A stretch of 63,447 nucleotides of DNA, the filler included, from Octopus bimaculoides (lineage: Eukaryota), in NCBI RefSeq assembly GCF_001194135.2. It is 8 parts of 8 records of this genome, joined end to end, with 100 filler letters (N's around TTAATTAATTAA, not from the genome) between each part and the next. Parts side by side here need not be neighbours in the genome. Positions count along the whole stretch, not along the records: positions 1 to 31,056 come from NC_068996.1; 7 more parts are not named here. One strand, given 5' to 3'. Shown here piece by piece: positions 1 to 12,345 of the stretch (within the stretch, counting starts at the first letter, position 1; every line of letters begins with the position of its first letter). Below the pieces are notes generated by a model. It was not told where the DNA came from, made no database searches, and saw only the letters and a program-made list of their open reading frames with translations. Position numbers and translations under genes: made by a program.

Positions 1-9
1 TATTTATTT

Positions 10-345
10 ATTTGCTTCAGTCATTAGACTGCGGCCATGCTTGGATATCGTCTCGAGGATTTCTAGTCGAATGAATCGACCCCAGGACTTATAATTTTTT
101 AAAACCTGGTACTTATCCTATCGGTCTTTTCTGCCGAACTTCTAAGTTACTTAGACGTAAACACACCAACGCCCATTGTCAGGCGGTGGTGGGCGACAAG
201 CACAGACGCGAAGACACACAGAGTCATAAATGACTGGCTTATTTTAGTTTCCATCTACCAAATTCACTCAGTCTGGGGTTATAATAGAATCTATTTTCCC
301 AAGCTCTCATCCAGTGGAGATGAAACTGGAGTCATGTGGTTAGGA
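10..345 (-). mobile_element. SINE family A (tRNA-like head, internal microsatellite, 3' domain ending CATGGCCGCAGTC..TGACTGAAAC), decayed copy
   Basis: Matches the other family A copies in the window (e.g. 7302-7673, 37420-37850) in 3' domain and partial head. Confidence 0.8.
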
Positions 346-351
346 AATAAT

Positions 352-752
352 CAATAATTTTCAACCATTTTCTTTTTTTATTTATGAACTCCTTTAATTT
401 CTATTTTATTCTGGTAGACTCCCACCCGAGAGCCATTCGATGTTTAAAAAATACTTTTATCGACACTTCTTTAAAAATTCCTTTTTTTATTTTCCACCTG
501 CTGCCTTATGAAGTTTTGCCATATTACTCTCTGAGAGAAAATCTATCGGTAGCGGGAAATATGTTGAATTATATAAAACATTATAGAAAGAAACTTCGCT
601 GTTTCTTACAATAAATACTTCTAAAAGCAAAATCTATTCATGGACCCTTAGAATACTACTGTGGGACCCAATTTACTACTGTGCCAGCATAGACTCCCCA
701 AAAACTTATATGGACCTCTAGGGTTCACATGTACCCTGATTGTGAACCACTG
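352..752. mobile_element. hAT-type MITE, same family as 37132-38112
   Basis: Shares internal blocks (ATTTTATTCTGGT.GACTCCC, TTATATGGACC) and degenerate TIRs (CAATAATTTTCAACC / GATTGTGAACCACTG) with 37132-38112. No TSD seen. Confidence 0.6.
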
Positions 753-1400
753 GGCTCGACAATAAAGAAGGGGCATGCAAAAGTTTCACTAACCTACTCA
801 TACCGAATGAATTTCTCGAAGGTACCAATATAGATCGCATTGGGTTTTGCAGAACATATCTAGATAAAAAATTCTGTAGATCAGCAGATAAGGACATCAC
901 AGGTTGTCTACATTTTAAAATCGTCGGCTAAGCAGACCACAACTTGTGACCTTTACGGTCGACTGGATAAATTGTCATAGACCGGGACCAAGTAACTGGA
1001 AGCTGCATGATTTGCTAGTGGGGAGTCAAGTTTACATAGACCGAGTAAGAGGAAATCCTAAATAAATGGTGGTTCGGTATGGAAAGGGTGATGAGAATAG
1101 AATCGATGAAGTTTATAATGGAGCGATAGAGAAAACTAGAAATGAGGGAGACTTAGAAACTTAAAAGAAGTGCTTAGCAAAGGTATCACAACTGACATGC
1201 TCGTTGTGAGATTGGCACTGGACCAATTCTTCAACGTGAAGCACGAAGGTTGCGTTTTCAGAGTCAAGGTGCCCGCTCTAAGACACGAGGTAGAGAAAGC
1301 CCTTCCATGGGTCCGAAGTAGCAGAGACGCAACTTGACAACAAAGCCACAATTCAGTCATTGGTGGACCATGATGGACGCGCGCTGGTACTTTCAAAAGT
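753..1400 (+). mobile_element. L1/Tx1-clade LINE ORF2 remnant (APE endonuclease C-terminus and EN-RT linker), with stops and frameshifts
   Basis: Manual translation: RTYLDKKFCRS..VG*ADHNL..RPGPSNWKL..RLALDQFFNVKHEGCVFR..DNKATIQSLVDHDGR. Near-identical in sequence to the fragment at 31157-31391. Confidence 0.75.
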
Positions 1401-2438
1401 TCTGTTTCTGCCAATGCAACCGGATTATCAATTCTCCTCTACCAAGGTAAGTCACTTCTCTCCTTTTATATCCGACTAATATGGCAGTAGTAATAATGAA
1501 TCGTATAAATTGCACGTGGCCTGCAATAATTTGCTTAATGACATTAAGTTATGTAATTTAGATAAAGCTGCCATCATCGAGACTAAGATTTTCTGAACAC
1601 ACTTACTCGCAATTCTCGTCTACTACTTCCAAGTGGACGCAGTTTATTTGACCAACAAGGAATGAGATGGACGAAAATGTTGTTTCGGAACGGTCATAAT
1701 ATGTAACTACAGATATCTTCTTGAATTCAAATAGAAAATCGTTGGTCCAAGAGTAAATAGCAGAATAAACACTGACTACGAGTGGGTGATTCATTATACT
1801 CCGTTTGAAGCAGGGTGGACAGATTTCTTTAAGTATCTAGAAGCAGTCTTCTGTGGAGGTGGTGGTGGTGGTGATGATGATGATGATGAAGATAAATGAT
1901 GGTGATGGTGGGGGATAATGATGAAGGCGACAATATTAGTGGGGATGATGGTGGGGATGATGACGACGATGAAGTACTGGTGTAGCTTTTAGGGGTGGTG
2001 TTGGTGCATTATTGCTTAAATATATCTTCCCGTTATTTGAATCTCTCAGCTATTTTGGTTAGCATAATGTTTTTTCCTTGCCTTCTATTGGGCTCGCAAT
2101 TTTGGAGGTAATTCCATTAGTGATATTTTGCTTTGTTTAGGGTAATTTTTCTATGGGGCGGATTCCCTCCCGAGGGAAGAAAAAGCGATTTTTCTTTTAG
2201 TCTTTGCGACAGATAATGGAATANNNNNNNNNNNNNNNNNNNNNNNNNNNNNNNNNNNNNNNNNNNNNNNNNNNNNNNNNNNNNNNNNNNNNNNNNNNNN
2301 NNNNNNNNNNNNNNNNNNNNNNNNNNNNNNNNNNNNNNNNNNNNNNNNNNNNNNNNNNNNNNNNNNNNNNNNNNNNNNNNNNNNNNNNNNNNNNNNNNNN
2401 NNNNNNNNNNNNNNNNNNNNNNNNNNNNNNNNNNNNNN

Positions 2439-2507
<69 letters not shown>
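2439..2507. repeat. (CA)n microsatellite at gap edge
   Basis: Direct inspection. Confidence 0.95.
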
Positions 2508-2905
2508 ACCGCCCAGATATCATTGTGTGGGATCACAAAGATAGACATGTTCTGTAGCGGTAATCAGCTTCCCCCTGGACACAAATGTAGCTAAAAAGTA
2601 TAAGAGAAAGAGGACATCAGTGGACTATTGATAAGGAGTTTGCAAGTCCAGTACCCAAGATACACTTTCAGATTAATAGCCATTGTTATTGGAGCAACAG
2701 GATACATACCAACCCGTTTGGAGCAGAGTATGGCTGAACTTGGAATCTTGAGGAGAGAGTGCGAATCCTCAATTCATACGCTACAGATGATCCCAATATC
2801 CGGGATCATAAAAATCTGCATGACCTTAAGATTTAAAGGATAACGGTTAAATCATGATACTTTCCTTCGCAACCTTGCAATCAAGGCGGTGGCCGGTTAA
2901 AATTT
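2505..2905 (+). mobile_element. 5'-truncated R4/Dong/NeSL-type non-LTR retrotransposon, RLE domain and 3' end
   Basis: HNRPDIIVWD..IVIGATGYIP..GIIKIC; PD-(D/E)xK RLE signature shared with 57278-57673. Confidence 0.8.
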
Positions 2906-3039
2906 ATTCTAAATAAAAAGAGAAAGAGCGAAAGAATGAATATACGAACGTACATACATACATACATGTATATATAATTAAGATAACTAATGAATTTAAG
3001 GAGGGGTATGGAATAAGAGTTGATACAGATCTCTTCTTG

Positions 3040-3790
3040 AAGGGCATTGATAAAATCTATTTATCAATAAAAAGTTTTTTTTTAATAGACCAGTTCACTG
3101 AGAAGGTATTACGTGGGTACTTGACACGAAAACGACGAATCATAGAAGGGATTGATCATGTCAAAAGCTTGGCATGGAATACCGACAAATCTATGGCATC
3201 CCACTTTGAAGGCTGCCTCCATGCAAGTGATCTCACCAAGTACATACAGCATAAAATGCAGAAAACATAGACAGACAACATATGTTGGTTGTGCAAGACA
3301 AAGGCTGAAGACATCAATTACATTATCGCCAACAGTGAGAGAATGCCTTCCAGATATTATCTTCCCATGGGGAATGATGTAGCGGCCAGAACAGTCTGGA
3401 ACAGGATTAAAAAATAAAACAACACTTGACGAAGTTGACTATACTGAGACCGGACCGAGGTATCGAAAGAGTATTTGGTGGAACTTGAAAATAAAACAAC
3501 CACCGAGTTAAAACACAACTGGTCAGATATTGTTTGCAAAAAGTATGTTGTGTAGAGGAAAACAGCTGCTCTCTGGACACAGATGTGGTTAGAAAAATAC
3601 AAGGGAAAGAGGACAGCTATGGATGTTTGTAAAACCAGAACCAAAGTTACACTTTCAACTTCATACCAATCATTATTATTATTAGATCAACAGGATACAT
3701 ACCAGCCCGTCTCGAGCAAAGTATGGCTGAACGTCGGATCATGGGGAGAGATTTCAAAGATGATCAGCAATCTTACTATTACGCAGGTGA
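3040..3790 (+). mobile_element. Second, more decayed RLE-LINE copy (CCHC-like region plus RLE)
   Basis: DNICWLCKTKAEDINYII..YLPMGNDVAARTVWN and WWNLKIKTTTELKHNW.DIV. Nucleotides 3690-3745 match 2695-2750. Confidence 0.7.
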
Positions 3791-3965
3791 CCAGTCAAAA
3801 TTTATTAAAAAGAAAAAGAGAACATATATATACATACATATAAATATAATATACACAGTATTTAAATGCAAGCTACTTATAGTTTCATGCTGTGGGAACA
3901 CAATTCGGTTTATTTACATATCATGTCTTATGCCTCTGAGCAATCCTTCAGGCTCAAATACACAG

Positions 3966-3967
<2 letters not shown>

Positions 3968-4015
<48 letters not shown>

Positions 4016-4027
4016 NNNNNNNNNNNN

Positions 4028-4074
<47 letters not shown>

Positions 4075-4083
4075 CCACCCACC

Positions 4084-4115
<32 letters not shown>

Positions 4116-4273
4116 CATACATACATTCACTCATATGTGTAACACGTGTGTGCATATATATTATGCATAAATATATATATGTATGAGATGTATATACATA
4201 TATATGTAGTGTGTATATATATGTATATGTAGTATATATGTATATATATGTATTGGATATATATATATGTGTG

Positions 4274-4322
<49 letters not shown>

Positions 4323-4350
4323 CACTACATATATATATATATATATACAT
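3968..4350. repeat. Compound (TA)n/(GA)n/(TACA)n microsatellite block
   Basis: Direct inspection. Confidence 0.95.
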
Positions 4351-4981
4351 GTACAGAGCTAGAGAGAGAAAGAGAGGAAGAGGACATACAGACAGCCACG
4401 CATGGGCCTGTAGATATAGATTGATAGGTTATATTTTATGACTTCTCTCTGATACATGTATATAGACAGATATGTCTGAATGTAAGCATATCTATATGAA
4501 TGCATGAATATATGTTGGCATATAGGTACATTTGTGTGTGCGTATATATTTATATATATATATGCATTTATGTACGTTTCAATGAATGCATGTATACGTG
4601 TGTGTACGAGTGTTGAAACCCCACACCCACATGCATATATGTTTATAAGAATAATACTATGTATAGCTGCTGATAAGCAAAAATACGTGTGCAATTAAAG
4701 GATTTTGCCCCCGAACATGTCTAGACAGAATTACACATATATGGCATTGACACAGATTTTTTTCCTTTTCTTTTCCTTTTCTTTTTACGCAAATTGTTAT
4801 CAACGGGTGAGACATGACTGTGTCGTTAAGAAGTCGGTTTTTCAAACACGTGGTTCCAGGTTCGATCACACGGCACTGCACTTTGGCAGAGGACTGTTGG
4901 ATTGTTGTGTTTACTACTGATAGTCTTTGATTGAAATAGAGTTGGCATCAGCTGTAAAGGATCACATGATGTATGTATGGT

Positions 4982-5347
4982 ATTCTCTTACTTGTTTTGG
5001 TCACTAGAACGGGGCCATGTTGGGGCATCATCTTGAAGAATTTTAGTCGAACGAATAGCTTAAGTACTTATATTTTAAGCTTGGTACCATTCTATAGTTC
5101 ACTTTTTCCGATCTGCTAAGTTACAGGGAAATAAGCACATCACCACCGGTTGTCAAGTAAAGGTGGGGGACAAACACTCACAGACATAAAGATACACACA
5201 CATATAAACGACGGGCTTCTTTCAGTTTTCGTCCATTTACAAAGCTTTGGTCGACTTGAAACTATAGTATAAGACTCTTACCCAAGGTGCCACATAGTGG
5301 GACTGAACTCGGCGTCATGTGGTTGGGGAACAAACTTCTTACCACAA
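4982..5347 (-). mobile_element. SINE family A, near full length
   Basis: Head and 3' domain match the other copies. Confidence 0.85.
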
Positions 5348-5589
5348 ACACACACACACACATGTATTTATAAACATGTAAAGAGCCAGACGATATACGG
5401 CAAAACAATGTTATATAAAGAGGAAAGGAGGAGTTAAGACGCAACAAGAGCCGGATTGAAAATTTAATGATCATAAAAAGAAAAATTGCAGAATAAATAG
5501 AGGAATATTAACACACAATAACTAAAACAAGATACAATTGGAATAATGACATAAACAGTACTTAGTATTACCATTTTCCCACTTCTTAG

Positions 5590-7250
5590 GTCTGGTCAAT
5601 TCGCTCTGCATTTTTCAACACCTAACAAATATTTATATTTTTCGAAGATTTCCGAAATCATTTCTCAGTATCTCTTGATTTGTTTCATCTAAAAACAAAC
5701 AACTTTGAAGGAAAAATATTCTCGTTTCTCAAATATTTGTGGATTTTGCCAATTTACAGCGATCTGAATGCTAGAAGTTGCATCGATTCAATTCCTGCTC
5801 AACCAGTATTGGTTAGCTTAGTTTTCTTCAGTTCATATAACAGCTCTGTCATTTCCTTGCTATTGTTTCTGAAAAGTGTGAAATTGATCGAGTCCCAGAG
5901 TTCAGGCTCCCCTAGCCCCAGTTTCTCAGAGGTTTTCTAAGAAAGTTGTCTCACCATATTGATCTCTTGCTTCCTTTTTCGCTTTCTTTTCTCCCCCACT
6001 ACCTTCTGTTCTTAATGTTGCATTTAATCCGCATTCTCGAAGGTGGAAGGAGAAAAGCTGTTAGGATGTGGCTTTGCCATTATCAGCCTCTGATACTGAA
6101 CACAAGTTAAACTCCCCTACCAATTCTAGGGTGACACAAGGTGCCCTGGCATTATTTGTTAACAAGACTGAGAACATTGTAGATTTCTTGTTCTTCTTGG
6201 AGCTGCGACTAGTTGTACGTTTGGTGCTGCTTCTGGAATTGCAGTCTTCCGATGTTACTCAACCATATTGCGTTTTTCCATTTCTTCTGAACAAAAAGCC
6301 TTTCTTGTAGCTTTTGCTTCCTCAAGTGAAACAACTGAACTTTCTGTCCCGGTGTTCTCAGTGTTATAGCTTTAAACTCCGCATCGACAAATGGCACACA
6401 GCTCTAGCATTACCTTGTAGTTCTGGGGAATCGTAAAAACTTGCAAGACCATGCTGAGCTCTGCCATTCACATACAAATTCTTACTATTTTTTTTTGTGC
6501 TTGGCACCCGTCCATACTGCTTTGCGGAAGCAATAACGGGGTAAAGGTTAATAGTGTATGCTGCACTCAACTGTTACTTTTATGTTACGTTGCTATATGC
6601 ACTGTGAAAAGTGTTTATGGGCAGGAGTTACCTGCACAATTTCTGCTCCTTTTCGAGCCTAGTCTTTGGTTCTGAATGCCAGAAAAATAGTACTATTCGT
6701 TTTTTTCCCTTCTCCATGTCTAGACGTACCTCGTTGCTGCTTTTAATTCTTGTTTCGAAGGTATTGAAAAGTCACCGTTTTCTCTTTCAGAGTCAAAAGT
6801 AAATCAATTTTCCCCTTGCTCATTTTTTCAATCTATTCTTCGGACAGGAAAATTAGGATTTGCTCAAAGCAATGCTTCAGTTGGTTCCTTTCTCTTCATT
6901 CTTGATGTCAGGAACTGGAGTCAACTTGAACAAAACGAATTCCATATATTAACAAAAATTCTTTGTGTGTTGATGTCGTCATTGCTATTGTTATTAGTTG
7001 TGCCGTCTCCACAAAAGATTTTCCGAATGCTCCCCTCCCCACCCCAAAACAAACAAGCAAGCATATTTCCGGTTTCTGAAAACGCAAAAGTTTCTATATT
7101 TACAACAGAAGAGAACTTTGGCAAGTCAGACTTATTATACTGCTTCGTAATGATGGAACTTGCATTTTTCAGTTTTGTTTGAGGGAGACATTGTCTCTTT
7201 TGCTCGACGCCATTGCGATTAAACTCGAACAAATTATTCAAAAAGAATTA
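5590..7250 (-). pseudogene. Possible heavily decayed LINE ORF1 (gag-like) remnant
   Basis: Purine-rich minus strand. Fragments GKKTNSTIFLAFRTKD*ARKGAE, QRNIKVTV and AVWTG loosely parallel GKKFGTVEVRFANKEMAQK, MRTSRINI and AHWTG of the ORF1 at 40232-41106. Confidence 0.3.
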
Positions 7251-7301
7251 TTTTTAGCTTTTTAGTGAACGCCAATGAAATGAAAATTTAAGTTGCTTTA
7301 T

Positions 7302-7673
7302 ATACTCTTTTTACTCTTTTATTTGTTTCAGTCATTTGACTGCGGCCATGCTGGAACACCATCTTTAGTCGAGCAAATCGACCCCAGGACTTATTCTTTG
7401 GAAGTCTAGTACTTATTCTATCGGTGTCTTTTGCCGAACCGCTAGGTTACGGGGACGTAAACACATCAGCATCGGTTGTCAAGCGATGTTGATGGGACAA
7501 ACACAGACACACAAACATATACACACACATACATACATATATCTATACATATATAGAACAGGCTTCTTCAGTTTCCGTCTACCAAATCCACCCACAAGGC
7601 TTTGGTCGGCCCGAGGCTATAGTAGAAGACACTTGCCCAAGGTGCCACGCAGTGGAACTGAACCCGTAACCAT
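7302..7673 (-). mobile_element. SINE family A, extreme 5' end missing
   Basis: High similarity to 37420-37850 and 25759-26198. Confidence 0.9.
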
Positions 7674-9021
7674 ATAAAAAAAAAAAACATTCCATAGGAC
7701 ATAAAACAATCCCAATTTAACAATAAAAGTCTTGGAGACATTTGAAATCCAAATTGCAACAATAAGAAAAAAAAACAAAACGTCTGTTCAAACTGACATC
7801 AACAAGAACAACATAAGTGAAAATGTAATTTTTCAGTGACGTAATCTGGAAGTTTAATTGCAGATATTGTGGAGTAAATATTTTTCCTTTTACGAGAATC
7901 TTGGAGGAAGACTTTATACTGTCGTTCGTCCGACTAGAAATAAGACTCAAATACCTTTTAAAACGTATCATTCGGCCTAAATGAAATAAGTGCACATAAG
8001 ATCTTAAACTAATAATTACTAGGTGCTCACCTGCCAAAATATTGGTAAAAGGGTTCTTGCACTACCCTTCCAACGTTACTAATGAGACGATAAAGAGTTC
8101 GCATACATATGTAATTCTTCTTCCTTCGGCATGGTGTTGGATGAGCTTAAAAGTTTAAAAATCAAATCCAAATTTATTTGTTTACTCTCTCACCCCTATT
8201 ACTTATAATCGCATTATCTATATTGGTATGGAATACCACCACTGCAATATTGATAATGCGATTGTAAACGTAGACGCGTCGCTTAGAGACACGATTATCA
8301 GCATTTACTCCTCTCTCTTTCTTTTCTTCCTTTTTCTTCTACATCTTCGTCCGACTAACTAGAAAATCACTCAATACCATATCTTAAATAGAACAACATG
8401 CATTGGACAATGTATAGTTTGTTATACAAAAAACGAGACGGTTGTAACGAGAAGACATTTTGAACATAAGGACTGCTGAAATCAGTGCTTACCTGGGATG
8501 AGGGGGCGGTTGTCAGCAACAGTAAGGAAGAGCATTTTGGAGTATGAAATGACTGAGAAATAACACAGTGGAACAGACATGGATGAGAGTTTCCTTTCTT
8601 ACAGTTCTGTTCTAACAGACTTAGGAATAGCTGTAACACGAATAAAAATGCCGAGGGTATCGAGAATACTAAGACAGATATATTGTCATTAATTGTGTCA
8701 CCGAAGACTAGGTTTGTTGATTAAATTTTTGTTACATTTCTGTTTTTTTTTTTGTTACAGTGTTCGTTGGCCCCTTTTTTCAGCTTTTTCATCACACCTG
8801 AGCTTAAAAGAGGGGTTATTCTTTTCCTTATTTCGTCGCTCACTTTTTTAACGAGGCCTCAGCATTAATGAGAAAGAAATCGATATCTATTGGTCTAGTT
8901 TCTGAATGGTTTATTATTTGGGAAATCCGATTAAGTCAAAAACATTTTCAGTTGTTTTGGATTCAGAATGCAAAGGGAAGTAACTACATTTCTGCAATAC
9001 ATTTTTCAACAGCATTTCCGA

Positions 9022-9327
9022 TTCTTATTTCTTTGTTGCCCACAAGGGGCTAAACATAGAGGGGACAAACAAGGACAGACAAATGGATTAAGTCGATTAC
9101 ATCGACCACAGTGCGTAACTGGTACTTAATTTATCGACCCCGAAAGGATGAAAGGCAAAGTCGACCTCGGCGGAATTTGAACTCAGAACGTAACGGCAGA
9201 CGAAATACCTATTTCTTTACTGCCCACAAGGGGCTACACACAGAGGGGACAAACAAGAACAGACAAACGGATTAAGTCGATTATATCGACCCCAGTGCGT
9301 AACTGGTACTTAATTTATCGACCCCGA
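9022..9327 (-). mobile_element. Two tandem/nested SINE family B copies (core GTCGACTTTGCCTTTCATCCTTTCGGGGTCGATAAA.TAAGTACCAG)
   Basis: The tail GCCCACAAGGGGCTA.ACA.AGAGGGGACAAAC occurs twice; the second copy runs into a gap. Confidence 0.9.
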
Positions 9328-9384
9328 NNNNNNNNNNNNNNNNNNNNNNNNNNNNNNNNNNNNNNNNNNNNNNNNNNNNNNNNN

Positions 9385-9497
9385 ATTTTACTGTCAATAA
9401 ATTCTACGCATTTCCGATTTTACTGTCAATAAATTCTACGCATTTCCGATTTTACTGTCAATAAATTCTACGCATTTCCGATTTTACTGTCAATAAA
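9385..9497. repeat. 32 bp minisatellite (ATTTTACTGTCAATAAATTCTACGCATTTCCG)n, at least 3.5 perfect copies
   Basis: Direct inspection; the array continues into the gap on the left. Confidence 0.95.
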
Positions 9498-9639
9498 ACA
9501 TCGTCAACAGCAGCAGAGCAGCAGCAGCAACAACAGCAGCAGCAGCGTTAACAACAACATCAGTAACAACAACAACAACAACATCAACGACAGTAGAATT
9601 TTCCGATTGAAGCACAAGGCCATTAATTTTGAAAATAAA

Positions 9640-10230
9640 TAGTTAATCGATAACAATCCATCCTAATAATTAAACGGTCTCGAAAGATTGAAAGGCGAAG
9701 TTAATCTCAAAGGGAATTGAACTCAGACTGTTAAGAGTTGGGACATTTTGTGTGTGTGTATGTGTGTCCCAATGATTATTTCAGTCCATGTCTTCTAATG
9801 ATAATGGCTTCAAATTTTAGCACAAGACCAGGTATTTTGAAGGAGAAGTAGAGTCAATTTGCTAATCCCCTTGCACTTGACTGAGGCTTTATTATTTTAT
9901 TGATCCCGGAAAGATGTAAGGCATAGATAATCACAGCGGTATTTGAACTAAGAACGTAATGAGTCGAAAGAGACACCGCTAAGCATTTTGTCCGACGCAC
10001 TAATGATTCAGCCAGCACACTGGCTTTTTCTCACATTAAAAAAAAAAAAAATCAAAAAAAAAATCGATGGAATAAGGTAGCTGATAAAGCGCCACAATAC
10101 TTTGTTTTTTTTTATCGACCCTAAAAAAATGGAAGGTAAAGTTGATCTCGGCAAAATTCGAACTTAGAATGTAAAGGACTGAAACTAAACACTGCAAAGA
10201 ATTTTTGTATGATGATTTAACGATTCTTTG
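9640..10230 (-). mobile_element. Cluster of about three old, degenerate SINE family B fragments
   Basis: Repeated GAAAG..GAAAGGC.AAGT..ATCTC...GAATTTGAAC motif. Confidence 0.65.
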
Positions 10231-10874
10231 AATGAGGCACTGTCAGTGTAATATAACGGAGATTAGTAAAGTTATCGGGATCCTCAGATATCACTCTCGT
10301 GGTACGAAACCGTAGAGTTTCGACTAGTATCGCAATGTGTTATCGACTCAGCTATTATTCTGAATTTCTTTCCGTTAGCACAAGATCATAAAGTTCTTAA
10401 GACGGAGCAGTCAATCATATTCAATCAAGTACGTTGCTGATATTTTATCAACTCCAGAACTATGAAATGCAAAATTATTCTCAGCATTGGTTTGAACCAA
10501 TGGCATAAATAGTTATAATGAAATACAGCAACGAAAGTTAGTTCAACTATCTAAATAGATAGAATGTAATCGATTGTTGTCGCCTCACAAATTTATGAAA
10601 TTGTAATAAGGAAGGCCATTCGGAGAAGCATTTGGTTGTGTCTATAACACATTGTGATATCAGCCCAAACTCCACGGTTTCGTGCCATGAGAATGATATC
10701 AGAATATCTTGATAATTTTATCGATCTCTCCTATATTATAGCGACGGTGGCTGATTCATAGAATCTATCATCGTTCCCAGAATATGAAAGAAACTTCACA
10801 GGTACGAAATTCAACGATTTTAACCAATTACGAAGCTGTGTTAACATTACATAAACATATTCAATAATGGTTGC

Positions 10875-11074
10875 AAATTTTTCCACAAGGGCAGCAATTT
10901 TGGGGGATGAGGCGATTACATCGACCCCAGTGTATATCTGGTACTTATTTTATCGACCTCGAAAGGATGAAAGGCAAAGTCGACCTCGGCGAAATTTCAA
11001 CTCAGAACGTAGCGGCAGATGGAATACCCCAAGCATTTCGCCCGCGTGCTAACGTTTCTGCCAGCTCACCGCCT
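10875..11074 (-). mobile_element. SINE family B
   Basis: Full head and core. Confidence 0.9.
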
Positions 11075-11103
11075 TTCTCATAGGCATTATTGACAGATTC
11101 ACT

Positions 11104-11324
11104 AAGTCGGCGAACTGGCAAAAAATTGATAGCGCATCGGAAAAATTGCTTAGCAGCATTTCTTCTGGCTCCTTACGCTATAAGTTCAAATTCCGCCGTG
11201 GTCGACTTTGCCTTTTATCCTTTAGAGGCTGATAAATTAAGTACCAGTTGCATACTGGGGTCGATCTAATCGACTGGCCTCCTCGCCCCAAATTTCGGAC
11301 CTTGTGCCTAGAGAAGAAAAGAAT
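11104..11324 (+). mobile_element. SINE family B, head-to-head with the preceding copy
   Basis: Head GGCGAACTGGCA, B-box-like GTTCAAATTCC and core. Confidence 0.85.
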
Positions 11325-12041
11325 AATGCCTATGGGAAGGGCACGAGCGTCATTCGTTCCAGCTGGGCCATCTTAGCTTTAAGATGTTATTTGACAGGTC
11401 AAAAAGAGACCAATATTTTAATTCATAGAGGAAATGAAATCGTTTAAACGTAAAGTAATATGGAAAAGTAAAAGAGAGTGAAAGAGAGAGAGAGAGAGAG
11501 AGTGAAAGAGAGAGAGAGAGAGAGAGAAGAAAGCAGAGGGAGAGAGAGAAGAAAGCAGAGGGAAAGAAAAAGCAGACAAAGTAGTGAAACTACTTTATCG
11601 ACAAATATTTGGCATGTTTTGTATAAAGACTTGATAGGAGTACATAATAGAGATTGGCAAGATATTGTTTTTACATAGAAATCTCTTTAATTTTTAAGAC
11701 TTCACCCATTTCACAATTTCACCCACCACATGACACAATTGTGTGACAACTTGAGATTTATAGCGATTTTGTTTTGTTTCTGTTTTTTTCTTCTTTTTTT
11801 GTTATATATTATTCTTCTACCGATTCTTACTCATAATTGCCACGAAGAACTGTTTCTGTTTTCTTAAACATACTGCCATTTCAAACAGGCAATGAAATCA
11901 TCAATCTGTGTCAACATTGTTAGGGAATAACACTGCCGAAACTTCCATTTTCATCCTTGTATAGCAACAATGTCTCCTATTTATTTTTCGCCGTCTTCCC
12001 TTCATTATAATATATATATATATGTATATAAATGTGTGTGA

Positions 12042-12077
<36 letters not shown>

Positions 12078-12194
12078 AAACCTGTTTTAAAACAACATAA
12101 AATAACATGTATTCTCCAGTTACTAAAAGAACTCCACATTTAGCTCATGGATTAGGTACAGTGTGGGTGAGTGTGTGTGTGTGTGTGTATGTGT

Positions 12195-12345
12195 GTGTGT
12201 GAGTGTATGGTTAAGAAGTTCCCTTCATAGCTATGTGGTTTCGAGTTCAGTCCAACTGCGCAGCACTTTAAGCATGTGTCTACTATAGTCATGAGTCGAC
12301 AGGTGCCTTGTGAGCGAATTTGGTAGTTGAAAACTGTGAAATCCC
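12195..12345 (+). mobile_element. SINE family A, 5' half
   Basis: GGTTAAGAAGT..GTGGTTTCGAGTTCAGTCC head. Confidence 0.75.

Noticed and set aside
1440-1452. Strong donor AAG|GTAAGT
   Set aside because: No matching upstream acceptor or coding exon; it follows a LINE remnant.
1630-1670. QVDAVYL, CR1 RT-like motif
   Set aside because: Single short motif with no continuation (DFSKAFD absent).
7840-7985. VIWKFNCRYCG, GIY-YIG-like cysteine pair
   Set aside because: No following YIG/RxxEH motif; too little to call.
9385-9497. CRISPR-like 32 bp repeats
   Set aside because: Head-to-tail repeats with no spacers, in eukaryotic context.
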